The notes: generated by a model not told the origin, from the sequence alone. 64,000 bases of DNA from Macrostomum lignano (GCA_002269645.1 NIVC01000996.1:310001-374000), one strand, 5' to 3'. Shown: positions 24,528 to 38,955, numbered from the stretch's first letter. Numbers and translations: made by a program.

Positions 24528-25332
24528 TGATGGTCGTCCCCTACATCAATATATTTTGGTTCTCAATAATATATTTTGTCTCTCAGGGCGCGAGACCCTT
24601 AAGTTAGCCCGGAACGCCAGCTGAGACCATGACTAATTAAATCAAATCCTGCAGTGACTCAAAAAACCGTTAATTAATAAATAATAAAATATATCGGAAA
24701 GCAATATTTATTTAAAGGAGACTCAGACATTTAAAATAGGCCACTCTTAACGACAAGAAATTCTCATCGCCTCTCGCTATTCAAGTGAGTTGCCTTGCTA
24801 CACCTGGCGTATATTTGGTCTCAATCTCAACTATTCGAGAGCGAATTTCGATAGGTTGTAATTGGGGACAAATCTCTGCTGTCAGATGGGCACCTGGAGA
24901 GGTTGAGCTGCATAATTTAACGAACAGCAACTGCTTAGAAGCCGCATCTGGGATTAGCTGCAAGCAAAATCCAATTTACAGGTAGGCTAAAGCGACAGCG
25001 GCCCGATTGCATCCCGAAGTCCCTGGATTCCCACATCCCAATCGCGTCACTCTTTGCCGAACAAATTTTTGCTGCTAATGAGAAATTTCTTTTTCCTTGA
25101 TTTTCATTTCCTGCCCGGCTGGAAAGCTTTCTTAGGATTATGATATTGGAATTGGAAATGTTCTCCGAAAAAGATTTAACCTTCCAAGCTATATTGTTCC
25201 CTGATAAAATTTTCTAGGCAGAATGAAAACCAGGCAGTTTCACAGTCTTAGTTGCTTCTATTACGGGCCAGAAATTGCTGCTGTTATTGCGAATCTTGCA
25301 TTGTGGAGCACCGAATTTACTTTTCAATAATC

Positions 25333-25661
<329 letters not shown>

Positions 25662-26181
25662 CTTTCAGTAAAAAATTCTATTCTAAACTTACCCCTTTAA
25701 GCGCGTTACTTCTTGAATTTATCTCCGGTTTAAATCAGGATTTACAGCAATTAATTTTCCTAAGTAGCTTAGCCTTTCTTAGAAGCATGGCTTATTTTCT
25801 TCATCCGTTCGTCTGGTTCTCATGCAAAATCTGCCTCATTACATGTCTCAGCTACTTTTTCTGCTTAAATATTGCTTCCGTACTGACTTCCCTGTGGCCT
25901 TAGAAACGCTCATAAACATCAAACGCTCGTAGTCCTCATGGAACTTCCTTTGCTTTGCCTCAACCCTTCAACTACGAGCACTTCGCGCCCAAAAGCATTG
26001 ACTACGACTGTACAACACTTTGGGGAAATATTTTTGTGTGGCTTTGGAGATAGAATTTAAGAAAAGCTTCGGTTCTAAATTGAAGCTATGTACGAACTGT
26101 TTAGCATTGCCAGAAATTTCACGAGTAAATCATAATACGTAAAGTATTATGTTTATTAGACTCGAACTTAGCACGATTTTT

Positions 26182-26698
26182 ATCACGTGACAAATAGATA
26201 GCGACGTTTTTTTACTGAGGAGTGTCTCCAGCCTGCCGATTTTATTGCTGATCACGTGACTTTTATCGCGCGTCTAGCTCTCCACCCTGCGGATTTTATT
26301 GCTGACCACGTGACTAGCTCGTATTATCGCGTCTAGCTCTCCAGCCTGCCGATTTTATTGCTGATCACGTGACTTTTATCGCGCGTCTAGCTCTCTACCC
26401 TGCGGATTTTATTGCTGATCACGTGACTAGCTCGTATTATCGCGTCTAGCTCTCCAGCCTGCCGATTTTATTGCTGATCACGTGACTTTTATCGCGTCTA
26501 GCTCTCCAGCCTGCTGATTTTATTGCTGATCACGTGACTCTTATCGCGCGTCTAGCTCTCCAGCCTGCCGATTTTATTGCTGATCACGTGACTTTTTATC
26601 ACGGCCAACTCTCCTGTAACCTCACTTCAGGGCAGATCACGTAACTTCCAGAATGACAAACTGCTATCACTTTAGTTGATTAGGTTTGATCACGTGAC
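26182..26698. repeat. 54/59-bp alternating minisatellite with a CACGTG E-box in each unit
   Basis: (A)TCACGTGAC or CCACGTGAC at ~26182, 26251, 26305, 26364, 26418, 26477, 26529, 26583 and 26689. Core spacings are 54, 59, 54, 59, 52 and 54 bp. Confidence 0.9.
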
Positions 26699-27149
26699 TA
26701 TAAAATGCGTGTCGCTTACATATTATATTAATTGTACAGGACGTGTAATTATTCTCTTGTTACTTACTATTATAATGATAATATAGGCTGCTACCTGCAG
26801 TACCTCTCAGCATGAGAGATCGCTTCACGAAAATGCAATTTCCGTTTGCCTTTCTTCTGTTCCCTATGAGCTTAGCGACTTTCTGACCTCAAACCGGTAA
26901 CTGCGAACAATCCGTACATGCAGCAGTACCTCGAATACATATCCGATTCCAGATATATTTTAGTCGGTAGGATATGATCTGAAATTTTTACATCACTACT
27001 TAAGTGACCATTATGTAGATATTATTTTGTAAAATAAACCATAGTCCTCTCGAAATAGAAATAGAAAGTGTCTTGACTGGCCTGACTGGTTTTGAAAACA
27101 GACATGAGAACACTAGCGGACATGAGAACATAGAACAGACATGGGAACA

Positions 27150-27809
<660 letters not shown>

Positions 27810-27810
<1 letters not shown>

Positions 27811-28920
27811 ACATTAGAACACATAGAAATGAGAACAAAGACATAAGAACACATAGAAATGAGAACACAGACATTAGAACACATAGAAATGAGAACACAT
27901 ACATTAGAACACATAGAAATGAGAACACAGGCATTAGAACACATAGATATTGAGAACACAGGCATTAGAACACATAGATATTGAGAACACAGACATTAGA
28001 ACACCTAGAAATGAGAACACATACATTAGAACACATAGAAATGAGAACACAGACATTAGAACACACAGACATGAGAACACAGACATGAGAACACAGAGAA
28101 ATGAGAACACAGACATGAGAACACATAGAAATGAGAACACAGACATGAGAACACAGAGAAATGAGAGCACAGACATTAGAACACATAGAAATGAGAACAC
28201 AGACATTAGAACACCTAGAAATGAGAACACAGACATTAGAACACATAGAAAAGAGAACACAGACATTAGAACACAGACAAGAGAACACAGAAATGCGAAC
28301 ACAGACATGAGAACACAGACAAATGAGAACACAGAGATGAGAACACAGACATTAGAACACATAGAAATGAGAACACAGACATTAGAACACAGAGAAATGA
28401 TAACACAGAGATGAGAACACAGACATTAGAACACACAGACATGAGAACACAGACATTAGAACACATGGAAATGAGAACACAGACATTAAAACACATAGAA
28501 ATGAGAACACAGACATTAGAACACATAGAAACGAGAACACAGACATTAGAACACATAGAAATGAGAACACAGACATGAGAACACATAGAAATGAGAACAC
28601 AGACATGAGAACACATAGAAATGAGAACACGGAGAAATGAGAACACAGAGATGAGAACACAGACATTAGAACACATAGAAATGAGAACACAGACATTAGA
28701 ACACATAGAAATGAGAACACAGACATTAGAACACATAGAAATGAGAACACAGACATTAGAACACATAGAAATGAGAACACAGACATTAGAACACATAGAA
28801 ACGAGAACACAGACATTAGAACACATAGAAATGAGAACACAGACATGAGAATACATAGAAATGAGAACACAGACATGAGAACACATAGAAATGAGAACAC
28901 AGACATGAGAACACAGACAT
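27810..28920. repeat. 30-bp minisatellite GAACACATAGAAATGAGAACACAGACATTA (14+16-bp dimer of a GAACACA core)
   Basis: Unit read directly. Degenerate units are also present left of the LINE fragment (27098-27150). Confidence 0.95.
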
Positions 28921-29568
28921 CAGGCAAATAAGGAATTAAGGAGATGAGGACCGGAGCAAAGTCCCCTTGCTGGTCAAGTGCATGCATATAATGTATCGTC
29001 TTTTTCACGACCAAGCTATTAAGAAATGTGAAATCCACTGATCATAATCAAAGGAAGTGCAATCAGCAGTCAAGGCTGAGACCGTCTTTTGTGCGCGAAC
29101 AAAAAATCGGATTAATTAACCAGCCTTTGCTGCTGCTGCTACATGTATTTGAAAATTATATAGGCCTTAGCTAAGACGCAGGCCTACTCAAGTACACTTC
29201 AATGGTTCATATTTTATTTTGGCTGCATGCACAACCTACTGTGGTCCTCACCGAATGAAAAAAAGGGAGAAGGCAGAAGGGAGAACTGCTATTCAGAAGC
29301 TGTCGTGGAAGTGCTGCAAAAAAAACAGTTTCTAACGCTGGGCGATGGCGCTGCAGATGAATTCGATTTAGCCTTCTCTCCCAAACTCGAAAGCTCGAAC
29401 TTCCCTCTGCCGTCGTTCCCTATTTATATTTTACTCTTTTTCTGGCCTGGATGTTTCATGTTTAGTTTGACTACGGTTTTTCCTGGCTGTTTCGAGCATA
29501 TTGTAGGAGTTACTGGTCGGTTATGACCAAGGTTGTTCAATCATATAATAGAGTTTTATCTCGCTTAA

Positions 29569-30890
29569 TGGGGTGTCAGATCACTCACTGGCGTGTCAGA
29601 CAACTCACTGGGGTGTCAGATCACTCACTGGGGTGTCAGATCACTCACTGGGGTGTCAGATCACTCACTGGGGGTCAGATCACTCACTGGGGTGTCAGAT
29701 CACTCACTGGGGTGTCAGATCACTCACTGGGGTGTCAGATCACTCACAAGAGTGTCAGATCACTCACTGGGGTGTTAGATCACTTACTGGGGTGTTAGAT
29801 AACTCACTGAGGTGTTAGATCACTCACTGGGGTGTTAGATCACTCACTGAGGTGTCAGATCACTCACTGGGGTGTCAGATCACTCACTGGGGTGTTAGAT
29901 CACTCACTGGGGTGTCAGATCACTCACTGGGGTGTTAGATAACTCACTGGGGTGTTAGATCACTCACTGGGGGTCAGATCACTCACTGGGGGTCAGATCA
30001 CTCACTGGGGGTCAGATCACTCACTGGAGTGTCAGATCACTCACTGGGGTGTTAGATAACTCACTGAGTTGTTAGATAACTCACTGGGGTGTTAGATCAC
30101 TCACTGGGAGTGCTAGATCACTCACTGGGGTGTCAGATCACTCACTGGAGTGTCAGATCACTCACTGGGGTGTTAGATCACTTACTGGGGTGTTAGATAA
30201 CTCACTGAGGTGTTAGATAACTCACTAGAGTGTTAGATCACTCACTGAGGTGTTAGATAACTCACTGGGGTGTTAGATCACTCACTGGGGGTCAGATCAC
30301 TCACTGGGGGTCAGATCACTCACTGGGGGTCAGATCACTCACTGGGGTGTCAGATCACTCACTGGGGTGTCAGATCACTCACTGGGGTGTTAGATTACTC
30401 ACTAGAGTTTTATCTCGCTTACTTAGGTGTTAGATCAGTGATTGGGGTGTTAGATCACTCACTGAGGTGTTAGATCACTCACTGGGGTGTCAGATCACTC
30501 ACTGAGGGGTCAGATCACTCACTGAGGTGTCAGATCACTCACTGTGGTGTCAGATAACTCACTGGGGGTGTTAGAACACTCACTGGGGTGTCAGATCACT
30601 CACTGGGGGTGTTAGAACACTCACTGGGGTGTCAGATCACTCACTGGGGTGTTAGATCACTCACTGGGGGTGTTAGATCACTCACTGGGGTGTTAGATCA
30701 CTCACTGAGGTGTTAGATAACTCACTAGGGTGTTAGATAAGTCACTGGGGTGTCAGATCACTCACTGGGGTGTTAGATCACTCACTGGGGGTGTTAGATC
30801 ACTCAATGAGGTGTTAGATCACATAGACAATAGGTGATAGATTAGAACACTAGTTGAAGTGCTAGAACACTTCACTAAGATGTTAGATCA
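29569..30890. repeat. 20-bp minisatellite GGGGTGT[C/T]AGATCACTCACT (19-21-bp variants)
   Basis: About 60 units, degenerating toward 30890, which is about 100 bp from the NPF 5' splice site. Confidence 0.95.
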
Positions 30891-30987
30891 CGCAGTAGCA
30901 TGCTAAAAAATTAAATTAAAGATGTAAACAGAAATGAATGTCCCGAAGCAGAAATCAAGCAGTTCACACAATCGACCCCACGCTCAC

Positions 30988-31313
30988 CTTGGCCTGCCAA
31001 CCAGAGCATAGTACAGCTGCAGCCTCTCCAGGTAGTTCTTCAGCTCCTCCGGCGTCCTGAACTTGCTCGGATCCGGCGGGCCCATGCCGTCGGCGAAGCT
31101 CAGGTCCGCCGGCTCCGCGCCGCCGAAGCCGCCCGAGGCGAAGCCCGACAAGCCGTTGACGTCGTAGTCGCTCGCCAGGTCGGCGGCGTAGTCCAGCATC
31201 GCGGGCGAGGGCTCGCCGCCAACTGCGGCCGCGGCGGCTACGGTGACCGACGCGCTGATTGTCGCCATGACAACCATAGCAATCAGAGTCGACCCGTGTT
31301 TAACGGAGAACAT
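30988..31313 (-). CDS. NPF: Neuropeptide F precursor, coding exon 1 (signal peptide, acidic pro-segment, NPF up to GRP-AG|)
   Basis: Hydrophobic N-terminus, then PPDPSKFRTPEELKNYLERLQLYYALVGRPR with Tyr at positions 10 and 17 from the amidated Phe (the NPF/NPY hallmark). The donor AG|GTGAG at 30987 is phase 2 within the last Arg codon, the conserved NPY/NPF intron position. The spliced precursor is 149 aa. Confidence 0.95.
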
Positions 31314-31423
31314 ATTGTCCGCTTCTTTATTCTCTTAATAGTTTATACAGACCAATTAAATTGACTCTGAGAGGCCCGTGTATCGATATTAAAAGAAGCA
31401 AAATGATTTTTGGGATTCGTCCG

Positions 31424-31433
31424 CTTTTATATA
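31424..31433 (-). promoter_or_regulatory. Candidate TATA box of NPF (TATATAAAAG)
   Basis: Minus strand CCCTATATAAAAGCGG, ~110 nt upstream of the ATG, with a GC-rich proximal region upstream. Confidence 0.6.
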
Positions 31434-31869
31434 GGGGTTCGGGGGGGGGGTCGGCCCGGCTTTTGGGATGTCGCTAGTCCGCGTCCTCTCGACTCTTCCC
31501 TTCTCTCCAATTTTGGATCGTCAGCGTGTGGGATGCAGCGCTCAGACTTCCCCACCTCCGCGCCCCCCTCCTCACCTCTCCTTGGCCAGTGAGGATTCGA
31601 GGTACCGTCATTCTCTTGTTGGGATTTGGGAAAGAAACTATCGAGAACTGATACATTTTACGGTGGGAAAATGTGAAAATTTCTTGTAAACCTGTAAATG
31701 TGACATTCTTTCAGCGTGGCATGGATCAAGAGAGATTTGAAAAATTGGGTGAGATAAGGTGCCGCAGGATGAGATATGGGCTGTGAAAGGTCAGCTTTGT
31801 GAGAATAAGGTAAGAAAGGGTGATATTGAGGTGAGATTATAGTGCAGCTGGAGCAAGATTAGGAGGAAG

Positions 31870-32480
31870 ATTGGGGTGAGATGTGGCGAGATGGAATGAG
31901 ACTGGGAGAGATGAGGTGAGACGAGATAGGGTGAGATGGGGTTAGATGAAATGAGACAGGGTGAGATGAGGTGAGATGAAATGAGACAGGGTGAGATGAG
32001 GTGAGATGAGATAGGGTGAGATGGGGTTAGATAGGAGACTGGGTAAAATGAGGTGAGATAAAATGAGACTGGGAGAGATGAGGTGAGACGAGATAGGGTG
32101 AGATGGGGTTAGATGAAATGAGACAGGGTGAGATGAGGTGAGATGAAATGAGGCAGGGAGAGATGAGGTGAGATGAGATAGGGTGAGATGGGGTTAGATA
32201 GGAGACTGGGTAAAATGAGGTGAGATGAAATGAGACTGGGAGAGATGAGGTGAGATGAGATAGGGTGAGATGGGGTTAGATAGGAGACTGGGTAAAATGA
32301 GGTGAGATGAAATGAGACTGGGAGAGATGAGGTGAGATGAGATAGGGTGAGATGGGGTTAGATAGGAGACAGGGTAAAATGAGGTGAGATGAAATGAGAC
32401 AGGGTAAGATGAGGTGAGATGAGATAGGGTGAGATGGGGTTAGATGAAATGAGACAGGATGAGCTGAGGTGAGATTGCAC
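31870..32480. repeat. GAGAT-pentamer-based satellite with an ~82-bp higher-order unit
   Basis: GAGATAGGGTGAGATGGGGTTAGAT recurs at 32175, 32257 and 32339 (82-bp spacing). Confidence 0.9.
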
Positions 32481-33224
32481 GCAATAACGAGCTGAGCTGT
32501 TATGAAGTGGACTGAGACTGCAGGTTGAGGGGAACAAGCAAGAGCTGTATTGGCCGGATGGGAAAGCAGAAGTGAAACGGGACGACCTGAGGATGACACG
32601 GCAGCAATATGGCAGTAAAATGTAGGCTATGAGATATTCGCAGCAGCTCTGGGGCACGCTGTCTTTCCTCATGCAAGCGGAAACAAAACGACAGATTTAA
32701 TCAACTAATGAGCTGCCGAAACAGCCACAATGCATTGGAGATGAGATTGCAGTTTGTGTGCCTGCAAAAAAGGATCAATTTTATAACTTTTTTATCTCAG
32801 GCCGTGCGCATTTTTAGCAGATTTAAAAAAATAGTTCTAATTAAGAGGTAAACAAATAAACCGAAAGCTGACACATTTTATTTTTTTAGCGTCTGACTAT
32901 AACAAATGGCCTGTTTCCAATCCAGATCTGTAGGTTCTAGATGGCCATGGACAAGCAATAACCCAGCCATATAAGGATATTGTGTGTGTGGGGTGAGCAG
33001 ACGATATTATAAGACACAGGAAGTGGGGCAGTGAAGATTCGCATATTTTGCAGGATGAAAACAGGATGCCCAACAGCTGTGGTTCAACACTCGCCCACAG
33101 TGACTGACGGGCGCGAATAAATTTCCAGAATAATTACGAGTATTCATCTTCTCGGTCACCTGGCCGACTCACGCGGGAGATTTACTGAATTCATTCACTT
33201 GGGCTTGTGAAATTTTATGCTGCG

Positions 33225-33484
33225 TGAATCAATCAGCTGGTTGTCAGTCAATCAATCAAATAATCAACTAGTAATCAGTCAATCAATCAATCAATCAGCT
33301 GGTAGTCAGTCAATCAATCAATCAATCAACTGGAAGTCAGTCAATCAATCAATCAATCAATCAACTGGTAGTCAGTCAATCAATCAATCAATCAGCTGGT
33401 AGTCAGTCAATCAATCAATCAATCAGCTGGTAGTCAGTTAATCAATCAATCAATCAATCAATCAATCAGCTGGTAGTCAGTCAG

Positions 33485-33516
<32 letters not shown>

Positions 33517-34031
33517 CTAGTAATCAGTCAATCAATCAATCAATCAATCAACTGGTAGTCAGTCAATCAATCAGCTGGTAGTCAGTCAATCAATCAATCA
33601 ATCAATCAAATAATCAACTAGTAATCAGTCAATCAATCAATCAATCAATCAACTAGTAATCAGTCAATCAATCAATCAATCAATTAACAGGTAGTCAGTC
33701 AATCAATCAATCAATCAATCAGCTGGTAGTCAGTCAATCAATCAATCAATCAATCAAATAATCAACTAGTAATCAGTCAATCAATCAATCAATCAATCAA
33801 CTGGTAGTCAGTCAATCAATCAATCAATCAATCAATCAACTGTCCAATCAGTCAACCAACCAACCAACCAATCAATCAATCAATCAATCAACCAATCAAT
33901 CAGTCAAACAATCAATCTGTCAAACAATCAATCAGTCAAACAATCAATCAGTCAGTCGATTAGTCAATCAGTCAATCAATCAATCAAAAAATCTGTCAGT
34001 CAATCACTGAATCAATCAATCAATAAAACAG

Positions 34032-34062
<31 letters not shown>

Positions 34063-34280
34063 GTCAATCAATCAGTCAATCAATCAACCAATCCATCAGT
34101 CAATCAATAAATCAATCAGTCAATCAATCAATCAATCCATCAGTCAATCAATAAATCAGTCAATCAATCAATCAATAAAACAGTCAAGCAATCAATCAAT
34201 CAATTCATCAGTCAATCAATCAATCAATCACTCAATCACTCAATCAGTCAATCAATCAGTCAATTGATCATGGATCAATC
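33225..34280. repeat. (TCAA)n microsatellite interspersed with CTGGTAGTCAG/CTAGTAATCAG
   Basis: Read directly; the left half is structured and the right half degenerate. Confidence 0.95.
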
Positions 34281-34974
34281 AGTTCAAAATATTCGTGTAA
34301 GTGGGCGCTATCTAAATTTTAGATTTTAGCAAATTAGAGAAAAATCAATTCGTGAAATTTACTCGCTAAAATGTTTCCCTACAAGAAGTCCCAGTTGGGT
34401 TAGTGTCAACTTTTAATTAAACACCTATACATTTATTACATCATTAAATCATCTTCGAACTAAGAATTATTACCCTCACAAGCAAGCACAGGCAATCTAG
34501 TTGAAAGCCAGCAGTGTTTTCTAGCGGAGCTGCACGAGAGCGAGGTCAATCAAGGTCAAGGTCGAGCGTGGGCGTCAACAGCTGCCCATCATTATTTTTA
34601 TTATCGGCCCTACTCAGTCAGAGATGAATTATTATTCCCGAGCTCTGTTTCTTTCTATAAATAAACTTTCTATTTGTGGCATTTCAATTGAAATTTGATC
34701 CGCCACGTCAGGCGACATCTGGAAACTAGAAAACCGCATCAACTATAAGTAAATTTTGAAATTCCTGCTGCAAGCTCGCTTCAAATTAACCTCGGTCAAT
34801 GAAATTCGAGTTCAATAGATTCACTTAGTTATGCCAGCAATAAGACATGCGGCGCGAGTCATTGTTAAGCAGATTTTTTATATTTAAGACAGTCAGAAGA
34901 CGCTACGACAGACACTAATATATCTAGGCTGTAAGACAGAGAAACAGCGAGGCAGATACTAGGAAAGATAGTAA

Positions 34975-35053
34975 GACAGACAGACAGACAGATAAACAGA
35001 CAGACAAACAACCAGACAGAAAGACAGACAGACAGACAGACAGACAGACAGGC

Positions 35054-35086
<33 letters not shown>

Positions 35087-35087
35087 C

Positions 35088-35126
<39 letters not shown>

Positions 35127-35195
35127 GGCAGACAGACAGACAGACAGACAGATGGACAGACAGACAGATAGACAGACAGACACACAGACAGATAA

Positions 35196-35226
<31 letters not shown>

Positions 35227-35316
35227 GGCAGACAGACAGATAAACAGATAAACAGACAGACAGACAGGCAGACAGACAGACAGGCAGACAGACAGACAAA
35301 CAGACAGGCAGACAGA
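34975..35316. repeat. (GACA)n microsatellite
   Basis: Imperfect CAGA run. Confidence 0.95.
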
Positions 35317-36069
35317 ACACTGAGACAAAGACAGAAGCTACTCAAGACAGCCAGCATCAAAAGCCGCAGCAGAAGACAAGAAGCGAGATGAAACCGGTCA
35401 TAAGGATAAAAAACTGCAAGTTCTGAGCACTAAAACCGGCCTCCTCCATTTCATTAACCGCGCCTTTCAGTTTTCAATTATAAACGAACGCCTTTTCCAC
35501 ACGCACGGCAGGGTGCGTGAGCGGCATAATGGAGACAGCGAAGCCCAGGAACAAAAAGCGACTGACTGTGGAGCAATTAAAAGCACCACGCTGCAGCTTG
35601 ATGCCGGCATTGAAAAGAGGACTACTTATTCAATATCAGTCAATCAACCTGTCTAGCTACCTATCACGCTCCACTACGAGATTCTGAGCTACGCGAACAA
35701 ACGATTGAATGGCCGCTTTTGTCGCGAAGCTGAGCTGCAATTTATTTTGCAATAGCAAGGTAGAGTAAGTGGCATCAAGGTCTTCAAGGGGCTCGGATGG
35801 TGCAGACTACTAACTGTTCATCGTTCTGTTTTACTGTCTCGTCAATACCATTAAAAATTCTCGATCAAACGCCCACACACTCGGATCCGTATGAACAGTA
35901 AAAAAGTATAAATCATAGCGAATTAGACTCGCAATATGAGACAATACACGAGGTACGAGCTGAGATTAAAAAACACGGTTTTACCATCAGTAAGAAAAAC
36001 AAAAGCATGTCAAAACAGCAAGAGATAAGTGTCCAACAACTTCAAGACAATTGCGCTAAACCTAAAGAC

Positions 36070-36620
36070 AACGGCGCCACAAACTGGATTCGATAATGGC
36101 GCTACAACATTAGGACAATGGCGCCACAACCTCAAGAGTTAATAATGGCGCCACAACGTCAAGACGACGGCGCTACATTAGGACAATGGCGCCACAACCT
36201 CAAGAGTTGATAATGGCGCCACAACCTCAAGAGTTGATAATGGCGCCACAACCTCAAGAGTTGATAATGGCGCCACAACCTCAAGAGTTGATAATGGCGC
36301 CACAACCTCAAGAGTTGATAATGGCGCCACAACCTCAAGAGTTGATAATGGCGCCACAACCTCAAGAGTTGATAATGGCGCCACAACCTCAAGAGTTGAT
36401 AATGGCGCCACAACCTCAAGAGTTGATAATGGCGCCACAACCTCAAGAGTTGATAATGGCGCCACAACGTCAAGACGACGGCGCTACAACCTCTGGCAAT
36501 GGCGCCACAACCTCAGATAATGGCGCCACAACGTCAAGACAATAGCGCCACAACCCCAAGAGTTAAAAATGGCGCCACAAGCCAAATTGTCAGTAATAGC
36601 GCCAATCTCAAGAGTCAACC
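36070..36620. repeat. 27-bp minisatellite GATAATGGCGCCACAACCTCAAGAGTT (~10 identical units plus degenerate flanks)
   Basis: Head-to-tail copies without spacers, giving the pseudo-ORF (MAPQPQELI)n. Confidence 0.95.
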
Positions 36621-38672
36621 ATGGGCCCATAGAGCCGAAATCCCCTTTTTAGAGCATCAATAAACTCTCAAGGAAAAACACCTTAACTAACAGGTAGGTC
36701 CGATATAAAATATACAAACCGACGCACAATTCATCAGTCAATCGTCGGTCAAAACATACTGTATTCCATGTCCTGGCATAAATTTATTTAAAAAAAAAAT
36801 TATAAATATTTCCCTGTGCGTTCGAAGCGAATTACTAATTATTAGTAAATTTTCGAAGTAGTTAGTAAAGTAATAGAAAAAAATAATTACTGTAAGTTGT
36901 TCATATAGGACAAGATATACAGGTGAGGACATTTATTAATAGGGAACATGAAGAAGACATGCTGGTTGTTAATTGTAATTAATTCGCCAAAGGAATAAAA
37001 GACACACGGGGGTGTAATAAAACAAAATATTACACAACACAGCAATAGGAGTATATATAGATATGATGTCTATTCACGTGCAAATGAAACAAATAAGAAA
37101 ATAAGACACCAAAAGACCGTAAAAACTAATGAATAATACCAATAACCACAAATATGCAGCAAGACCCGTGATTGTTAATTAAAAGCATGCCAGGGTCGGG
37201 ATAATTAAACACAGAAATTTATCTGATTTATTAACTTATTTACTCAACATATCGGCAAACTTTATACATCTTCTCATTAATTAATAAACTTCTACAGACA
37301 CAAATGGCTTACGTCTAAAGTTTTAATCTCAACTTTATTAATTCAAAATCGATACGATTCGCATTTTTATACATACAGAGCCTGACTTTGTATTTAAATT
37401 TAGTTTACATTTTTTCTATCTAACAAAAGATACAAAAAACGCCATTTCTTCTACTCATGGTAAGTGAGAAAACAAGGCTTAACAATATTTTTCTATTTTT
37501 TAATACGATGCGCAGTCAAACGAAAACTCAGGACTTGTTTAAAAATTCAGATTTCTTGTTTATATTTTTTGTATAAAATTTTGATCAACTGCACACACGA
37601 CAACAGGGCTCATTAGCGAAAACATCAAATAAAAAGCAAGATAGATACGGGAAAAGAACCATTTAGCTCTACGGTTGAAACGCAACTATTTATGTAACTT
37701 TTAATGAAGCAGTGAGAAAAACCATTATTAAAAATGAAAAAAACCTATTTCGCTGCAATAAGATTTTATTTAAGCATCACGTTGTCGATATAATAACTAA
37801 AAACAAAATTAAAGAAGCGGCATCGGAAGCCAGAGTAGAAGGGGGAAAGCAATTACAGCTGCATGAAAATATGGCAGTGCGTCTCTCTGGTTGCAGCAGG
37901 AAACGCGAGCATTTCTCTCTCTCTTTTAAATGAATATCGTAATAATTAGTAGCGAAAAACTTTCATTTCGATACATATCGGCTGAAATGTATTAATTCTC
38001 AAAATGTCACTTAATTTATTTTTCGATACATATCGGTTAAAAATATATTAATAATACAAAACGTCAGGTAATTTATTCTCGACACACATCGTAAACTTTC
38101 TAAATTAAATTTTATCAAAAACTTAACCTCTATAATTGGACAAACAAACAAAATGGAAAATATAATAAAACAAGCACGTGAAACTGCAAAATAATTTATC
38201 TAAAAGGTACCAGACAGAAAACACAAATTGACAATCACAAGTAGTAAGGTACGCATATGTTAACTAAATCACGACACAAATGAAAGAAAAGCAGTTTTGT
38301 ATTTATACATAGGCAAGTAATCGTCGAATTTCTATACTAGTACTAGTAAACAAACACATAATGCGTTAATGCGTATAAAAATCCACAATAAATCGAGTTG
38401 CTATTAATATCAATCAATTCAATACCCATCTGTAGTGTTGGAAAATCAGCAGAGATACTGTTTAATATGCCACATACATGTACAAAATTCACATGACAAA
38501 CGCATTGTTTTGTAGAGTAGCTTCATAGCTTCAAAAAAAGTAGTCATTTTTTTTGCTTCTTGAGATCAGTTTGAGGGACGAAAATATTCATCAATAAAGC
38601 TCTTTTCACCAATGTGCCATGTTTGATTAGGGATAGAAGCTTTCAACTGTTTACCTTGTCTGTGTCCTGCTC

Positions 38673-38692
38673 GTCTGTCTATCCGCCTGTCG

Positions 38693-38740
<48 letters not shown>

Positions 38741-38752
38741 GTCTGGCTATCC

Positions 38753-38789
<37 letters not shown>

Positions 38790-38853
38790 CCTGTCTATCT
38801 GTCTGTCGGTCTATCCTTCTGTCTGTCTGTTTGTCTGTCTGTCTGGCTATCCA

Positions 38854-38888
<35 letters not shown>

Positions 38889-38955
38889 ATCTGCCTGTCT
38901 GTCTGTCTGTCTGTCGGTCTATCCGTCTGTCTGTCTGTTTGTTTGTCTGTTTGTA

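Noticed and set aside
25047-25062. G TTC GGC AAA GAG TGA (FGKE*) as a nearer NPF exon 2
   Set aside because: It is preceded by TTT rather than an AG acceptor, and it lacks the dibasic KR site.
36159-36545. 27-bp repeat as a CRISPR array, or (MAPQPQELI)n as a repeat protein
   Set aside because: The units are head-to-tail with no spacers, there are no cas genes, and the context is eukaryotic. ORFs are open in three frames, as expected for a 27-bp VNTR, and have no splice or UTR support.
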